DNA from: Octopus vulgaris
Lineage: Eukaryota
DNA length: 64,000 nucleotides
Assembly (NCBI GenBank): GCA_951406725.2
Contig: OX597826.1
Span: 55,862,001-55,926,000, forward strand
Direction: 5' to 3'
A program made the translations under genes and the position numbers. Positions 1-13,313 of this stretch are shown piece by piece; the first letter of the stretch is position 1; each line of letters starts with the position of its first letter. The notes below the pieces were generated by a model. That model was not told where the DNA came from. It made no database searches and was given only the letters and a program-made list of their open reading frames with translations.

Positions 1-109
1 GCCTATAATAGAAAGACTTCTTGTTGACATTCTTAATGTTGCTGGTATTCATTATGGGCCCCTACGCAAGGATGACACGCAAATTCGTGAAGCGTTCCAT
101 ATTTTCTAT

Positions 110-440
110 GAAGGCGCATGGCCCAGTGGTTAGAGCGTCGATCTTATGACCATGAGATTGCGAGTTCGAATCCCGGACCGGGCTGCGAGTTGTGTTCTTG
201 AGCAAGACTCTTTATTTCACGTTGCTCCAGTTGACTCAGCTGTAGAAATGAGTTGCGACGTGTTACTGGTGCCAAGCTGTATCTGTCTTTGCCTTTCCCT
301 TGGATAACATCGGTGGCGAGGAGAGGCCGGTATGCATGAGCGATTGCTGGTCTTCCATAAACAACCTTTCCCGGACTTGTGCCTAGGAGGGTGTCTTTCT
401 AAGTGCAATCCCATGGTCATTCGTGACCGAAGGGGGTCAC
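110..440 (+). mobile_element. tRNA-derived SINE, family A (full length)
   Basis: A-box (tggcccagtggttaga) and B-box (gagttcgaatccc), then body gtgttcttgagcaagac..tttatttcacgttgctccagtt.actcagctg. Near-identical copies at 28449 and 51323. Confidence 0.85.
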
Positions 441-997
441 CGACTTCGATTCATTATGTTGCTGTTGTTGTTGTTGCTGCTGCTATGTTAATGTTGTCCC
501 AATCTGTCTAAATCGAGTAAACCTATAATGAAACTTTTTTCCAGATATGACCTTCACGTATGTCTTTTTTTTTTATCCTAAACACATTATTTATTATTCA
601 ATCTAAAGGCGATAAACAGGACATCATTAGAAACAGATTTAGCTTCAACTTCTTGCAGCTGAAACAACCACGTCGAACTATCGTCCTTGGTTCACTTCTA
701 CCATTTTACTGTTGTACTTTAATCTGAAGTCACCTCTGCTTGAGCAGCCCTATAATCATAGAAAACCTGGTCATGCACATTGCGACGGAGCCACCAACTA
801 CCTTATCGATTAATTCTTAAATTTGTCGGTGTGATTTGGGGTACTTGATCAGGATGGTCACGAATTGGATGTATAAAAACCTTCGTCATTGGTTCATCTC
901 CAGGTATTTGCAGTCGTTACCCATATTTCTATCGTTGTGACTTCAACTGCGGGTCAGCCCCAATCAAGTAGATCTTTGTATATAAAAATAACGAATA

Positions 998-1375
998 GGC
1001 GCAAGCATGGCTGTGTGGTTAAGAAGCTTCCTTTGCAGCCATAAGCTTCTGGGTTCAGTCCCACTCTGCGGAAACTTGAGCAAGTGTCTTCTACTATAGC
1101 CCTGGGCTGACCAATGCCTTGTAAGTGAATTCAGTAGACAGAAAACGTGCGGAAGCCCGTCGTATGTGTATGGAAGTGACGTGTGTATATGTGTTTGCGT
1201 CGCTTGACAACCGGTGTTGGTTTGCTTACGTTCCTGTAACTTAGCGGTTCAGCAAATGCTTATGGAAGAAAAAGTAGCAAGCTTTAAAATAATTTCTAAG
1301 ATTAGACTCTTCAAGGCGTTGCCTCAGCATGGCCTCAGTCCAATGAATGAAACTGGTAAAATATAAAAGATAAAG
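998..1375 (+). mobile_element. tRNA-derived SINE, family C (diverged)
   Basis: Head tggctgtgtggttaagaagc / gggttcagtccc, CORE-like ttgagcaagtgtcttctactatagcc, tail gcatggcc.cagtc.aatga.tgaaac. Aligns by eye with 24273-24675. Confidence 0.8.
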
Positions 1376-1606
1376 AAGAAAGAGTCATAGCCTCTTGAGC
1401 GTCATCCAACCTTTGTTTCAGTCATAGTATACCTTGGACTATACCTAGAAATGAACAATATTTTATTTCTATTTTTGTTGTTCCTTGTTCTATACCAATT
1501 CTGCCTTAGCAATCCATTCATAAAAAGAACTAGATTTTAGCTGTGATCATTTCACTTCGGTTTCAGCCATTGTCTGCCTAGGCGTCCACATTTTCATAGG
1601 AACATA

Positions 1607-1825
1607 TTCTTTACTCTCATTTACACTTTTACTTGTTTCAGTCACCTCACTGTGGCCATGCTGGAGCACCGCCTGTAGTGGAGCAAATCGACCCCAGGAC
1701 TTATTCTTTGTAAGACTAGTACTTATTCTATCAGTCTCTTTTTGCCGAACCGATAAGTTACGAGGACGTAAACACACCAGCATTGGGTGTCAAGCGATGT
1801 TGGGGGGACAAACACAGACACAAAA

Positions 1826-1858
<33 letters not shown>

Positions 1859-1965
1859 CATATATATATACATATATATACGACGGACTTCTTTTAGTTT
1901 CCGTCCGCCAAATCTACTCACAAGGCTTTGATCGGCCCGAGGGTTTAGTAGAAGACACTTGCCCA
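1607..1965 (-). mobile_element. SINE family C, 5'-truncated
   Basis: Reverse complement of the 24273-24675 body, including the internal (CA)/(TA) tract. A further partial copy lies at ~2395-2620. Confidence 0.85.
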
Positions 1966-2114
1966 CTTACGTAGCAGAAAAAATTTAGAAATATTCTGTT
2001 AATTCAGACAGAATCAAAAGAATAATCAATTAGCAAGAAAAATACTACTTAATTAATGAATAATTAAAAATAACCCCAACAAGGAACCAAAATCTCGCCA
2101 AATAAATAAACTTA

Positions 2115-2322
2115 TTTTGGCACAAAGCCAATAGTGTCGGGGGGGGGAGGCAAATCGATTACATTAACCCCAGTACTCAACTGGTACTTGCTTTATTGAC
2201 CCCGAAAGAAGGAAAGGCAAAGGGAACCCCCAGCAGCATTTGAGCTCAAAGCGTAAAATCGGAAGAAATGTTACTAAGCATATTATCAGGTGCAGTAACG
2301 ATTCAGCCATCACGCCGCCTTA
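2115..2322 (-). mobile_element. tRNA-derived SINE, family D (diverged)
   Basis: ctggtactt..ttattgaccccgaaag..aaaggcaaag..cgccgcctt is the reverse of the family D consensus seen at 50251. Confidence 0.75.
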
Positions 2323-2640
2323 AAGGACACTGTTGTTATTGTTGTTGATATTGTCTTTGCTGCTGTTGAATATATCGATTTTGTTTTGTTTTTCTTCTAT
2401 TCTTTTACATGTTTCGGTCATTTGATTGCGGTCATGCCGGAGCACTACCTTAAATAGTTTTAGTCGAATGAATTGACCCCAATACTTAATTAATCTCTTT
2501 TTTAAAGCCTGGTTCTTATTTTGTCAGTCTCTTTTGCCGAACCGCTAATCATGCAGACGTAGACACACCAAGACCGGTTAACAAGCGGTGATGGGGAAAC
2601 AACGCAGACACGAAGAGGCACACACACTCATATATATTAT

Positions 2641-3048
2641 TTATTTATTGCCCACAAGGGGCTAAACTTAGAGGGGACAAACAACGACAGACAAACAGAT
2701 TAAGTCGTTTACATCGACCGCAGTGCGTAACTGGTACTTTATTTATCGACCCCGAAAGGATGAAAGGCATAGTTGACCTAGGCGGAATTTGAACTCAGAA
2801 CGTAACGGCAGACGAAATACCGCTAAGCATTTCGTCCTCTCTGTGTTTAGCCCCTTGTGGGCAATAAAGAAATGAGAAACGTTAGCATGCCGTGTGAAAT
2901 GCTTAGTTTGTCTTTACGTCCTGAGTGCAAATTCCGCCGAGGCCGATTATGCCTTTCATCCTTTCTAGGTCGATAAATTAAGTACCAGTTGCGTAATGAG
3001 GTCGATCAAATCGACTTGCTCCCTCCCTACCTAGAGTAGAAAAGAATA
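2641..3048. mobile_element. Two family D SINEs in opposite orientation (2641-2835 minus; 2876-3048 plus) joined by an extra tail fragment
   Basis: Both carry the gcctttcatcctttc.gggtcgataaa.taagtaccag domain. The tail piece ctctgtgtttagccccttgtgggcaataaagaaat sits at ~2839-2873. Confidence 0.8.
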
Positions 3049-3349
3049 TTGTCGCTTTTTGTTGATGCTGTTGTTGTTGCAATGTTGATGTTCTTGTTGT
3101 TGTCTGTGTTGTTCACGTTGTTATTGTTAGTATGGTTGTTGATGTCATTAATATCGTCGTTGTTGTTGTTATGCTGTTCTTGTGTCTGTCTTTGTTATTG
3201 TTGTTGTTATGATGTTCTTACAATGTTGATATTGCAGGTGCTCGTTGTAATAGACGTCAGTATTAATGCTGCTGCTGCTGTTGTTGTGGTTGTTGTTGCT
3301 GATTATGTTCTTGTTGCTGTAGCTGTTACTGTGGTTGTTGTTAACGTTG

Positions 3350-3414
3350 ATGATGAAGATTGATGATGATAATGATGATGACGACGAATACGATGGTGCT
3401 GACGGCAATGAGGC

Positions 3415-3445
<31 letters not shown>

Positions 3446-4016
3446 GAAGATGATGGTGACAATGACGATGAGGATAATGGTGAGGATAATCGTGATGATG
3501 ACGACGACAATGATGATGATAACGATAGTGATGATAACGATAATGATGAAAATCATGATGACGATGATGATGACGACAACGACGATGGTGTCGACGACGA
3601 TGATAAGGATCATGACGAGGATAATGATGGTGATGACGACCACGATGATGATGATGATCACGATGATAATGATGATGATAATGATGACGATGATGATGAT
3701 GATGATGATGGCGACGATGGATTTGATGATGATGAAGATGGTGATGATGGTGTTGATGGTGATGATGATGATGATGATGACGATGAATTTGATGATGATG
3801 AAGATGATGAAGACGATGATGATGACGACGACGATGATAAGAATGATGATGATGATGATGATGGCCATCATGATGATAATGATGATGGCGATGGTGATGA
3901 CGATGATGATCACGATGATAATGATGGTGATGATGATGATGACGATGACGATGACGATGATGATGATGATGATGACGATGATGAAGACGATGATGATGAC
4001 GACGACGATGATGAGA

Positions 4017-4092
<76 letters not shown>

Positions 4093-4906
4093 CGATGATG
4101 ATGATAATGTTGATGATGGTGGTGATGATGATGAAGCTGATGATGATGCTGATGATGTCGACAATGATGATGCCGATGACGACGACGACGACAATGATGA
4201 TGATGATAACGATGACGACGACGATGATGATGATGATGATGACAATATTGATGACGATAATGGTGATGATCATGTATTCTACAAAAATGTTAGTGATATT
4301 GACACAAGTGATATTAACATAGTTAATATTATTGGTGTTGGTCTTGTTATTGTTAATATGTCCGTCACGTCCGTCGATGATGATGAGGATAACTACGACG
4401 ATGACGACGATGATGATGATGATGATGATAATGACAACGATGATGTCGAAGACGACGACGACGTCGATGATGATGATGATGATGATGATAATGACAACGA
4501 TGATGTCGAAGACGACGACGGCGATGATGATGATGATGATGATAATGACAACGATGTCGTCGAAGACGACGACGACGACGATGATGGTGATGATGATGAT
4601 GATGATAATGACAATGATGTTGTCGAAGACGACGACGACGATGATGATGATGATGATGATAATGACAACGATGTTGTCGAAGACGAAGACGACGACGATG
4701 ATGATGATGATGATAATGACAACGATGTTGTCGAAGACGAAGACGACGACGATGATGATGATGATGATGATAATGACAACGATGATGTCGAAGACGAAGA
4801 CGACGACGACGATGATGATGATGATGATAATGACAACGATGTTGTCGAAGACGACGACGACGACGATGATGATGATGATGATGATAATGACAACGATGAT
4901 GTCGAA

Positions 4907-4938
<32 letters not shown>

Positions 4939-4955
4939 CGATGACGATGATGTTC
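3350..4955. repeat. Degenerate (GAY)n trinucleotide tract with a ~57-63 bp higher-order repeat at ~4410-4950
   Basis: Seen directly. The unit gataatgacaacgatgttgtcgaagacgacgac(gat)n recurs about 9 times. Confidence 0.95.
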
Positions 4956-5449
4956 TTGATGAAGCTGTTAACATTCTTGTTTGTTATTGATAATGTTGAT
5001 AATCAAATTGTTAACGTTCATGTTGTACGTAGAGATGGGTGAGTGAGACTGTTTAATGTTGTATCTTGTTGTTGTTGTTGGGTGCGTTATCGACGATAAC
5101 GTTGATAATACTGATAAAGAAGTTATGACTATTACTGTTTTTGTTGATGTTGTCTTGTTTGGCTTTTTGTTTGTGTACAACAACAGTTGATTTATCAGAT
5201 TAATATTTAAGTATGAGAACGGTTCAATAAGAAGACATCAAAGATATTTAAAGGTCATCATAAAACCTGCGGAATTACCGCTTTCACAAGTAGCAAATTT
5301 GATAAATTATGCAACTTTTTTTTTTTATAGTTTCTGCTTCAAGAAACCATACTGTAGTTTGTTTACATTTAAAACACACACGTACACGCGCACACAGGTA
5401 CACGCGCACACACAGGTACACGCGCACACTCACACAGTCACATATATGC

Positions 5450-5494
<45 letters not shown>

Positions 5495-5585
5495 AAATTA
5501 CTACTAGGTACATACACAAGCATACAATTAGACACACAAGTATTCACGTATGTGTTCGTACTATCACACGTGCTCACACAGATTG

Positions 5586-6010
<425 letters not shown>

Positions 6011-6889
6011 ATACACACGCACATACATGTGTATGTATGGATATATAAGGCGATAAAGATACAGATATCTGTAAATATATAAAGCGGAGGAGGAAGGAGA
6101 GAGAGAGCGAAGGAGAGAAGGAGTGGTGGAGGTGCATAAACATTTATTTGCGTACACATCTCTTATTCTGTTTGTGTGTTTATTTCTCTTTCTCTTGTTG
6201 TCATTATTTCAATGAGCAGGCGTGCGCACGCACGTGTTTGCAGGTATGGGCGAGTGGCTCGTTGTGTTCTTGCTGGCGCGTGTAATTGTGGAGAAACACA
6301 CCAGAACCCAAATGTCACTCTGCCTAGTCGTCGAAGCGAGATGCTTACCTGATGTATAACTTACCTTATAACATTATGAATTAAACAAGCTAGAATTACG
6401 GACATCATATACGCCGCTTAAAGAATATACAGAGCACTTACCCTAAGACTGCACGTGCGATATCTTGGTGCTTCAGTGATATTCACCTTGACAGCCGCCG
6501 TTGAATTAAAGACAGTTACTCACTATATTATATAGAGTAGGTTATGAACATCAATAGGGATTGGAAGCATATTCGCGAGGAAGAGACAAAATAACACGGA
6601 GGTGACTTTATATACAAGTAATAAGGAAAATAACTGAGTTTGAAAGGTAAGGGAATATATGTTTAAAGTATCATACAATACAGGGACATGAGTCGGAAGA
6701 GTAAATGCATACAGCTAGATATATAGATTTGAGATGGACATGAACGCAAGAATCGCAAAACCATCTCACCTAAAGGAGATATTTGCTCTAAACAATTCAA
6801 CAGGTTGCTACTGTTTTATGTATGTATATATATGTATGTATGTGTGTGCGTGAGTATATATGCATATGTATGTATGTATGTGTGTATAT

Positions 6890-7159
6890 TCTTTTATTCT
6901 TTAACTTGTTCCAGTCATTTAACTGTGGCCATGCTGGAGCACCGCCTTTAAGGTTTTTATAGTCGAAGAAATAGACCACGAGGACTTATTCTTTGTAAGC
7001 CTAGAACATATTCTATGTGGTTCGTTTCTTGAACCGCTAAGTTGCGTGAACGTAAGCACACCAACATCGGTTGTCATGGGATGATGAGGGGACAAACACA
7101 GACACAAAGACACTCACACAGTTAAATATATACATACACACACATATATATACACACAT

Positions 7160-7207
<48 letters not shown>

Positions 7208-7327
7208 GATGGGCTTCTTTCAGTTTCCGTCTACTAAATACACTCCGAGGCTTTCGTCGGCCTGAGGCTATAGTAAAAGATACTTGCCCAAGGTGTCACG
7301 CAGAGGGACTGAACTCGGAACCATGTA
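6890..7327 (-). mobile_element. SINE family C
   Basis: Matches the reverse complement of 24273-24675 over most of its length. Confidence 0.85.
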
Positions 7328-7332
7328 GTTTT

Positions 7333-7640
7333 TTACGAGGCAAACGACTATGGAAAGTGCCATGCTAGGATTATCATTACGAAAGCATATTCGAAAGGAT
7401 ATAATTAAAGAACGGATCGGAATCAACGATATGAAATACGAATTCCGCTAGGCCAGACATGTCGTAAGGTTTACAGATTACAAGTGGACCCGCACAGTTA
7501 CCGAGTGATATCCAAGAAATCGGAAAAGGAACAATTCATAGCTCATCACGACGATGGGAAGAATATTATTGAAACAATGAAAAAAAACGGTGCAATCAAG
7601 ACGGTATTGGAAGCACATTGTGACGAGCGGTGTATAACAA
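7333..7640 (+). pseudogene. RTE-clade non-LTR retrotransposon, C-terminal relic
   Basis: Hand translation: QTTMESAMLGLSLRKHIRKDIIKERIGIND..FR*ARHVVRFTDYKWTRTVTE*YPRNRKR. Resembles the RTE C-terminus (MER.MLG.SLRD.IRNE..R...W.GHV.R..D.RW..W.PR..KR). Contains in-frame stops. Confidence 0.7.
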
Positions 7641-8279
7641 TATCTGATGGTCTAGTTGACACTGCGATATTTATGTATGTATATATGCATGTATTCATGC
7701 CAGGATGCATGCATGTGAATGTATGTACGTATGTATGTATTTATGTATGTATATATATGTGTATGCATGTATGTATGCATATATGTGTGCTTATATATGA
7801 ATGTATGTATAAGTGTGTGCATGTATTTATTCAATACGTAGAGGGAGGGGTGAGGTCGAGGACATGTTATTCTTAGGAAGAAGCCGAGCAAGAGACGTAA
7901 AATTATGATGTATTGTTACCAACGGACTGTATCATTATATGTGTACACGCGTCGACAAAGGAATACACTCAAACACACACTCACATATACATACACATAC
8001 ACACACATACACACACATACAAGCTTGTATATATTACATATACACGTGTATATGCATATACATATAAACTATATATATATATATCATGTTTATGTATATA
8101 TATATAAATACATATATATAGATACAAATATATCCATGTGCAAAAATATATGTACGCATGTATGTATATTACATACGCACACATATGTGTGTGTGTGTCA
8201 TTCATTTAACTTGTATTGTTTATCTCAAATAATTCCTTGTGATATATGTGTGCGTGTACGTGTATATATATACATATAT

Positions 8280-8341
<62 letters not shown>

Positions 8342-8922
8342 GCACATATATATATATCTGTATGTATGTATGTATGTATGTATGTGTATGCGTATATACA
8401 TTCCATTTAGCTTGTATTGTTTACCTCATATAATTCCTTGTGAAGTCTTTAATGGTACTAAGATAAACTTATAATATATAACATTTTATATAAAAGAACC
8501 GACAACTCAACTCCACCTACCCTACCCCGCCTCCATTCCCCCACCCCGCACCCCACCGCACTCCGAATAGCTCACAAACATAAAACGGGGAAAAAATATG
8601 TTGATTACTCACCATTTAATTCGAATTTTAATGTCAGGTAAAAAAAAAATAAATAAATAAAAAAGTATTTCGAAATAAAATCGAACCAATTTTTATAACG
8701 TTTGATATTTATATGCATTTCAATATATGTTCCACACATCCGAATACCTAGACACAAACGCAACAACACATACACAGACAAACGTTCATAGTTACTAACA
8801 TATCTCCAACATGAAACAGAGGTAGAGAGAAATAACATGATTTATATACATATACATGGATATATATATATATATACATATATACATATTTATATATATA
8901 TATGTATGTATATGTATGTATA

Positions 8923-8974
<52 letters not shown>

Positions 8975-9550
8975 AGTATGTATTTATGTATGTTTGTATG
9001 TATGTATAAAACATGATATAATGGTTGCTAATACGGAAGGAAGCAAGAAAAATATAATCGTGTCATACACATTAAGGTAAATATATACTTATATTAAATA
9101 TATCTTCGCCGGACAGTTTATTTTTTAGCACTTACAACAGTAAAATAACTGGCGTCGTGTCTTCATCAGAGACAAGCTGAGAGAAAGACCTAACAGAACA
9201 AAAAAAAAAAAAACGAAAAAGAAAAGAGAATGATTATTTATATAGAAAGCCAATGATATATAGCGATTAACACTTCTATGTCATGGAAGGAGTCGACAAT
9301 AACGAGATTAGCGTTTCGGTCTCTTTATTTGTGAAAAGAAAAGAAAAGAAAACTGAAGAAAAAAAGAAAGAAAGAAAGAAAGAAAAGAAAGAAGAAAAGA
9401 GAGAAAGAAAGAAGGAAAGAGAGAAAGAAAGAAGGAAGAGATCATTAATACCGGAATTTAATGTTAACAATTATTTATAGTGGTCTAACAGAAATGAGCA
9501 TTATAACAACAACAACAACAACAACAAAAATGATGATGATGATGATGATG

Positions 9551-9598
<48 letters not shown>

Positions 9599-9599
9599 G

Positions 9600-10020
9600 T
9601 TTAAAATTTTGCCAGAAGGACAGCAGTTTCTGGGGAGGCGATGAGTCGATTACATCGGCCCTAGTGTTCAAAATGGTACTTAATTTATCGACCCCGAAAG
9701 GGTGAAAGGCAAAGTCGACCGCGACGGAATTCGAACTCAGAACATGTGCTAATGATGCTGCAACGTCGTCGCCTTAACAACAACAACAACAATGATAATG
9801 ATAATCCAATTTGCTGAAAGCACAATGACTTGAAAATTTGGGGACGGGGACTAGTCCATTACATCGGCCGCAGTATGCAACTGGTACTTAGTTTATCGAC
9901 CGCAAAAGGATAAAAGGCAAAGTTAACCTCGGCGGAATTCGAACTCAGAACTTAGAGACGGGTGAAATGCCGCTAAGCATTTAGCTCGGCCTACTAACGA
10001 TTCTGCCATCTCGCCGCCTT
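9600..10020 (-). mobile_element. Two family D SINEs (9600-9775, 9820-10020)
   Basis: Both contain ggtactta.tttatcgacc.cgaaagg.tgaaaggcaaagt..acc.cg.cggaattcgaactcagaac and end in cgcctt. Confidence 0.8.
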
Positions 10021-10048
10021 AACAACAAAAACAACAACAATAATAATA

Positions 10049-10204
10049 GTGGCTGTGCGGTTAGTAGCTTGTCTACCAACCACATGGTTCCGGGATCAGT
10101 CCCACTGCGTGGCACCTTGGGCAAGTATCTTCTACTATACCCACGGGCCGACCAGGGCCTTGAGAGTGGATTTGGTAGACGGAAACTGATAGGTGCTCGT
10201 CGTA

Positions 10205-10250
<46 letters not shown>

Positions 10251-10452
10251 TGTGTGTGTATGTATGTTTGTGTGTCTGGGTTTCTCCCCACAACATCACT
10301 TGACAACCGATGCTGGTGTGTTTACATCCCCGTAACCTAGTGGTTCGGCAATAGGGCCCAACAGAATAAGTACTAGGCTTACAAAGAATAAGACCTGGGG
10401 TCGATAATGCTCGACTAAACATGCGGTGGTTCTCCAACATGGCCACTGTCAA
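10049..10452 (+). mobile_element. SINE family C
   Basis: gtggctgtgcggttagtagc..gggatcagtcccactgcgtggcaccttgggcaagt..; internal (TA)n; family tail present. Confidence 0.85.
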
Positions 10453-10511
10453 ACAATATTCAGGGACCTTTTGAGCGGGATGGGCTACTACTAATAATAA
10501 TAATAATAATA

Positions 10512-11070
10512 AAATGCCCTGATGCACTACCAGGCAGTGGCTCTCATGGCCTCTTATCTTAACTAATTGGAAGTGTTATCATGTACACTGTTTTGTCTTG
10601 GTATAAAAGATGGGCTACAGCAAATATTCTGCTCAATACCACAGATTTGCGTGTCAGTTGTTTGACCATAACCAGTTGACCATCTCCCTTAGTGGCTGAC
10701 GATATGTGCATCTCTGATCACAAGCAGAAGTAGTGGGGGAGCATTATAGCCTTGTGTTGAAAGGAATTATTAGAGGTTTTGATAATTCACCTTTGGAAAC
10801 ATGGGTGGTTCGTTCAACATCCTTAAACAATCCTTATTCAGGGACCTTTTGAGCGGGATGGGCTACTCGACTAGAAGAAAATTCTAACTGGGCCCCATCT
10901 GCAAGATCATGCGCTGTTTATCTTGATATGAGATCACCATGTCGCGCACATATGGTTCTGATGCATATGTCTGGTGTACCCTCATCAGACGGGTAGTCAT
11001 GATGGGTATACTGGGCTTCGTATATTTTACACCAGTGTCACTTTGATGGCATGCACTGCTCTCTCACTCA
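10512..11070 (+). mobile_element. Non-coding insertion flanked by (TAA)n; possible 3' UTR or non-autonomous derivative of a TAA-targeting retroelement
   Basis: Complex sequence bounded by (TAA)n on both sides and ending ctctctcactc-aataataa. A ~34 bp piece (tattcagggaccttttgagcgggatgggctact) is duplicated at ~10457 and ~10835. Confidence 0.45.
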
Positions 11071-11088
11071 ATAATAATAATAATATCA

Positions 11089-11158
<70 letters not shown>

Positions 11159-11210
11159 TATTATTATCATTATCATTATTATTATCATTATTATTATTAT
11201 TATTATTATT

Positions 11211-11590
11211 CAGTAGTTTTATTTTATAGAGTGCTTTCACTTCACTACCGAGCACAGCTCTGTGTGCCTTGGGTATGTGCTGTGATTTGTTGTGATGCTT
11301 TGATGGTTATTGTATGGAAAGTGTTCTGTAGGATGTGCAGTGCCTATAGTGCAATTTTCTGTATGTTATATGTGTTGGTAAGTCCTGGTGTTTTTGTTAT
11401 GTATTTGTCTGAATATTTTTTTATCATGCCTAATGCACCTACTATGATAGGAATTGTTTCTGTTTTCAGATTCCACATTCTAGTTACCTCTATTTCCAGG
11501 TCTTTGTATTTTGAGAGTTTCTCCATTTCTTTTAGAGACACGTTGTCATCAGCCGGTATTGATACATCAATTAGAAAGCATTTTTTCTTC
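11211..11590 (-). mobile_element. R4/Dong-clade non-LTR retrotransposon 3' fragment (restriction-like endonuclease C-terminus plus 3' UTR)
   Basis: Reads KKCFLIDVSIPADDNVSLKEMEKLSKYKDLEIEVTRMWNLKTETIPIIVGALG..IQKIAL, the RLE IDV..P / K..KY / PIIVGALG signature. Embedded in (TAA)n, the known Dong target. Confidence 0.85.
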
Positions 11591-11608
11591 TTATTATTAT
11601 TATTACTA

Positions 11609-11726
<118 letters not shown>

Positions 11727-12022
11727 ATCATCGTCATCATCATCATAAAGATTATGATCGTCATGATCATGATGGCGATCATAATGATGATGATGACGAT
11801 GACGACGACGATGATGACGTTGACGTAATGGGGATGATGAGGATGACGACAACAAAAGCGACGGCGACGATGACGACAACGACGACAACAACGACAACGA
11901 CGACGACGACGAAAATGATGATAAAAATATCTAAATCTTGAATACAACGAAAATACTTCATTCTCGTGTCAAACCTCTTATCAGTGTGCTTGATAAAACA
12001 TTAAAGGAATTCTATGTTTATG

Positions 12023-12103
<81 letters not shown>

Positions 12104-12319
12104 TATAATGACGGCTAAAACAAACGAACAAAAAAAATCTTCTCCGTAAATATTACTGCAAATATGTGTATGAGTGTGTGTATTTATACTGTGTGATTAA
12201 CACATGATACGGTTCATATCATTTGTTCCCTACGTAGGTTTCATTAATATGGTCCTTTGCAATCTTTGGGTATTCAGAATTTCATTAGTATTCAGAATTT
12301 CCTTGTATCCTCTGATGTA

Positions 12320-12570
12320 GAGGCGCGTGGCTTAGTGGTTAGGGTGCCAGAATCATGATCGTAAGATTGTGGTTTCGATTCCTGGACCGGGCGACGCGTT
12401 GTGTTCTTGAGCAAAACACTTCATTTCACGTTGCTGCAGTCCACTCAGCTGGCAAAAATGATTAACGCTGCGATGGACTGCCGTCCCGTCCAGCTGGGGT
12501 ACACATACGCCATTGAAACCAGGAAACGGGGCCCATGAGTCTGGCTAGGCTTTAAAAGAGCGCATTTATC
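12320..12570 (+). mobile_element. tRNA-derived SINE with A/B-type core and E-type tail
   Basis: ggcgcgtggcttagtggttagg, ggtttcgattcct, core gtgttcttgagcaaaacacttcatttcacgttgc, tail gcgatggactgccgtcccgtccag. Confidence 0.8.
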
Positions 12571-12838
12571 TTTTATTTTGTATCCTCTGAGCATTCTGAA
12601 CCCAAGAGGACTGAATACTAAACCGCAACAATTCTTCAGGGAAGCATTTTATAACATTATGTTCACACAGATCAAACGCTTAAGCTGGATTGACAACAAG
12701 CTCTAAATTTACAAGTAGCTGTCGCACCTATTGTATGTAAGAGTTTCTGTACACATATACCTACAGATATATACTGGCACACACGCGCACACACACACAC
12801 ACGTACATGCACATACACACTCACACTTACATGTAAAC

Positions 12839-12885
<47 letters not shown>

Positions 12886-12887
12886 AT

Positions 12888-13225
12888 AGGTGCAAGCGTT
12901 GCTGAATGGTAGCGCGGCGGCGCCGAACATGTCGTCGGTAGCTCCGCGTACGATCCGGGCTTGCTGTTGCCGCCGCTCTCCTTCGTGTCCGGCGCTGCGT
13001 TGCTGAGTGTTAAGAAGCTTCTTTCTCAACCACATTGGAACGGGTTCAGTCCTACTGCGTCGCACCTTAGACGAGTGTCTTTTACTGTACCATAAGGCCG
13101 ACCAAACCCTTGGGAGTGCATTTGGTTGATTGAAACTGAAAGAAATGTGTGTGTCTTTGTGAGTGTTTGTCCCACATCGCCTGACAACAGGTGTTGGTGT
13201 GTTTATGTCACCGTAACCTAGCGGG
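12888..13225 (+). mobile_element. SINE family C (partial), with a GC-rich insert in its head
   Basis: taagaagctt..gggttcagtcctactgcgtcgcacctt..gacaacaggtgttggtgtgtttatgtcaccgtaacctagcgg. Confidence 0.7.
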
Positions 13226-13313
13226 GACATAAACATAATATGCTTAGGAATATTCTATATATAATTGTTCTAAAATGTAGGGATAAGAGCGACACGAACC
13301 ACGAAGTATTGCA

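Noticed and set aside
110-185. tRNA-like sequences here and at other SINE heads (e.g. 28449, 40210, 51323)
   Set aside because: They have A/B boxes but no complete cloverleaf, and run into shared SINE bodies. Not tRNA genes.
6340-6510. Three GTAAG splice-donor-like motifs on the minus strand with a short open frame (STAAVKVNITEAPRYRTCSLR)
   Set aside because: No convincing acceptor or recognisable protein similarity. Cannot support an exon without RNA data.
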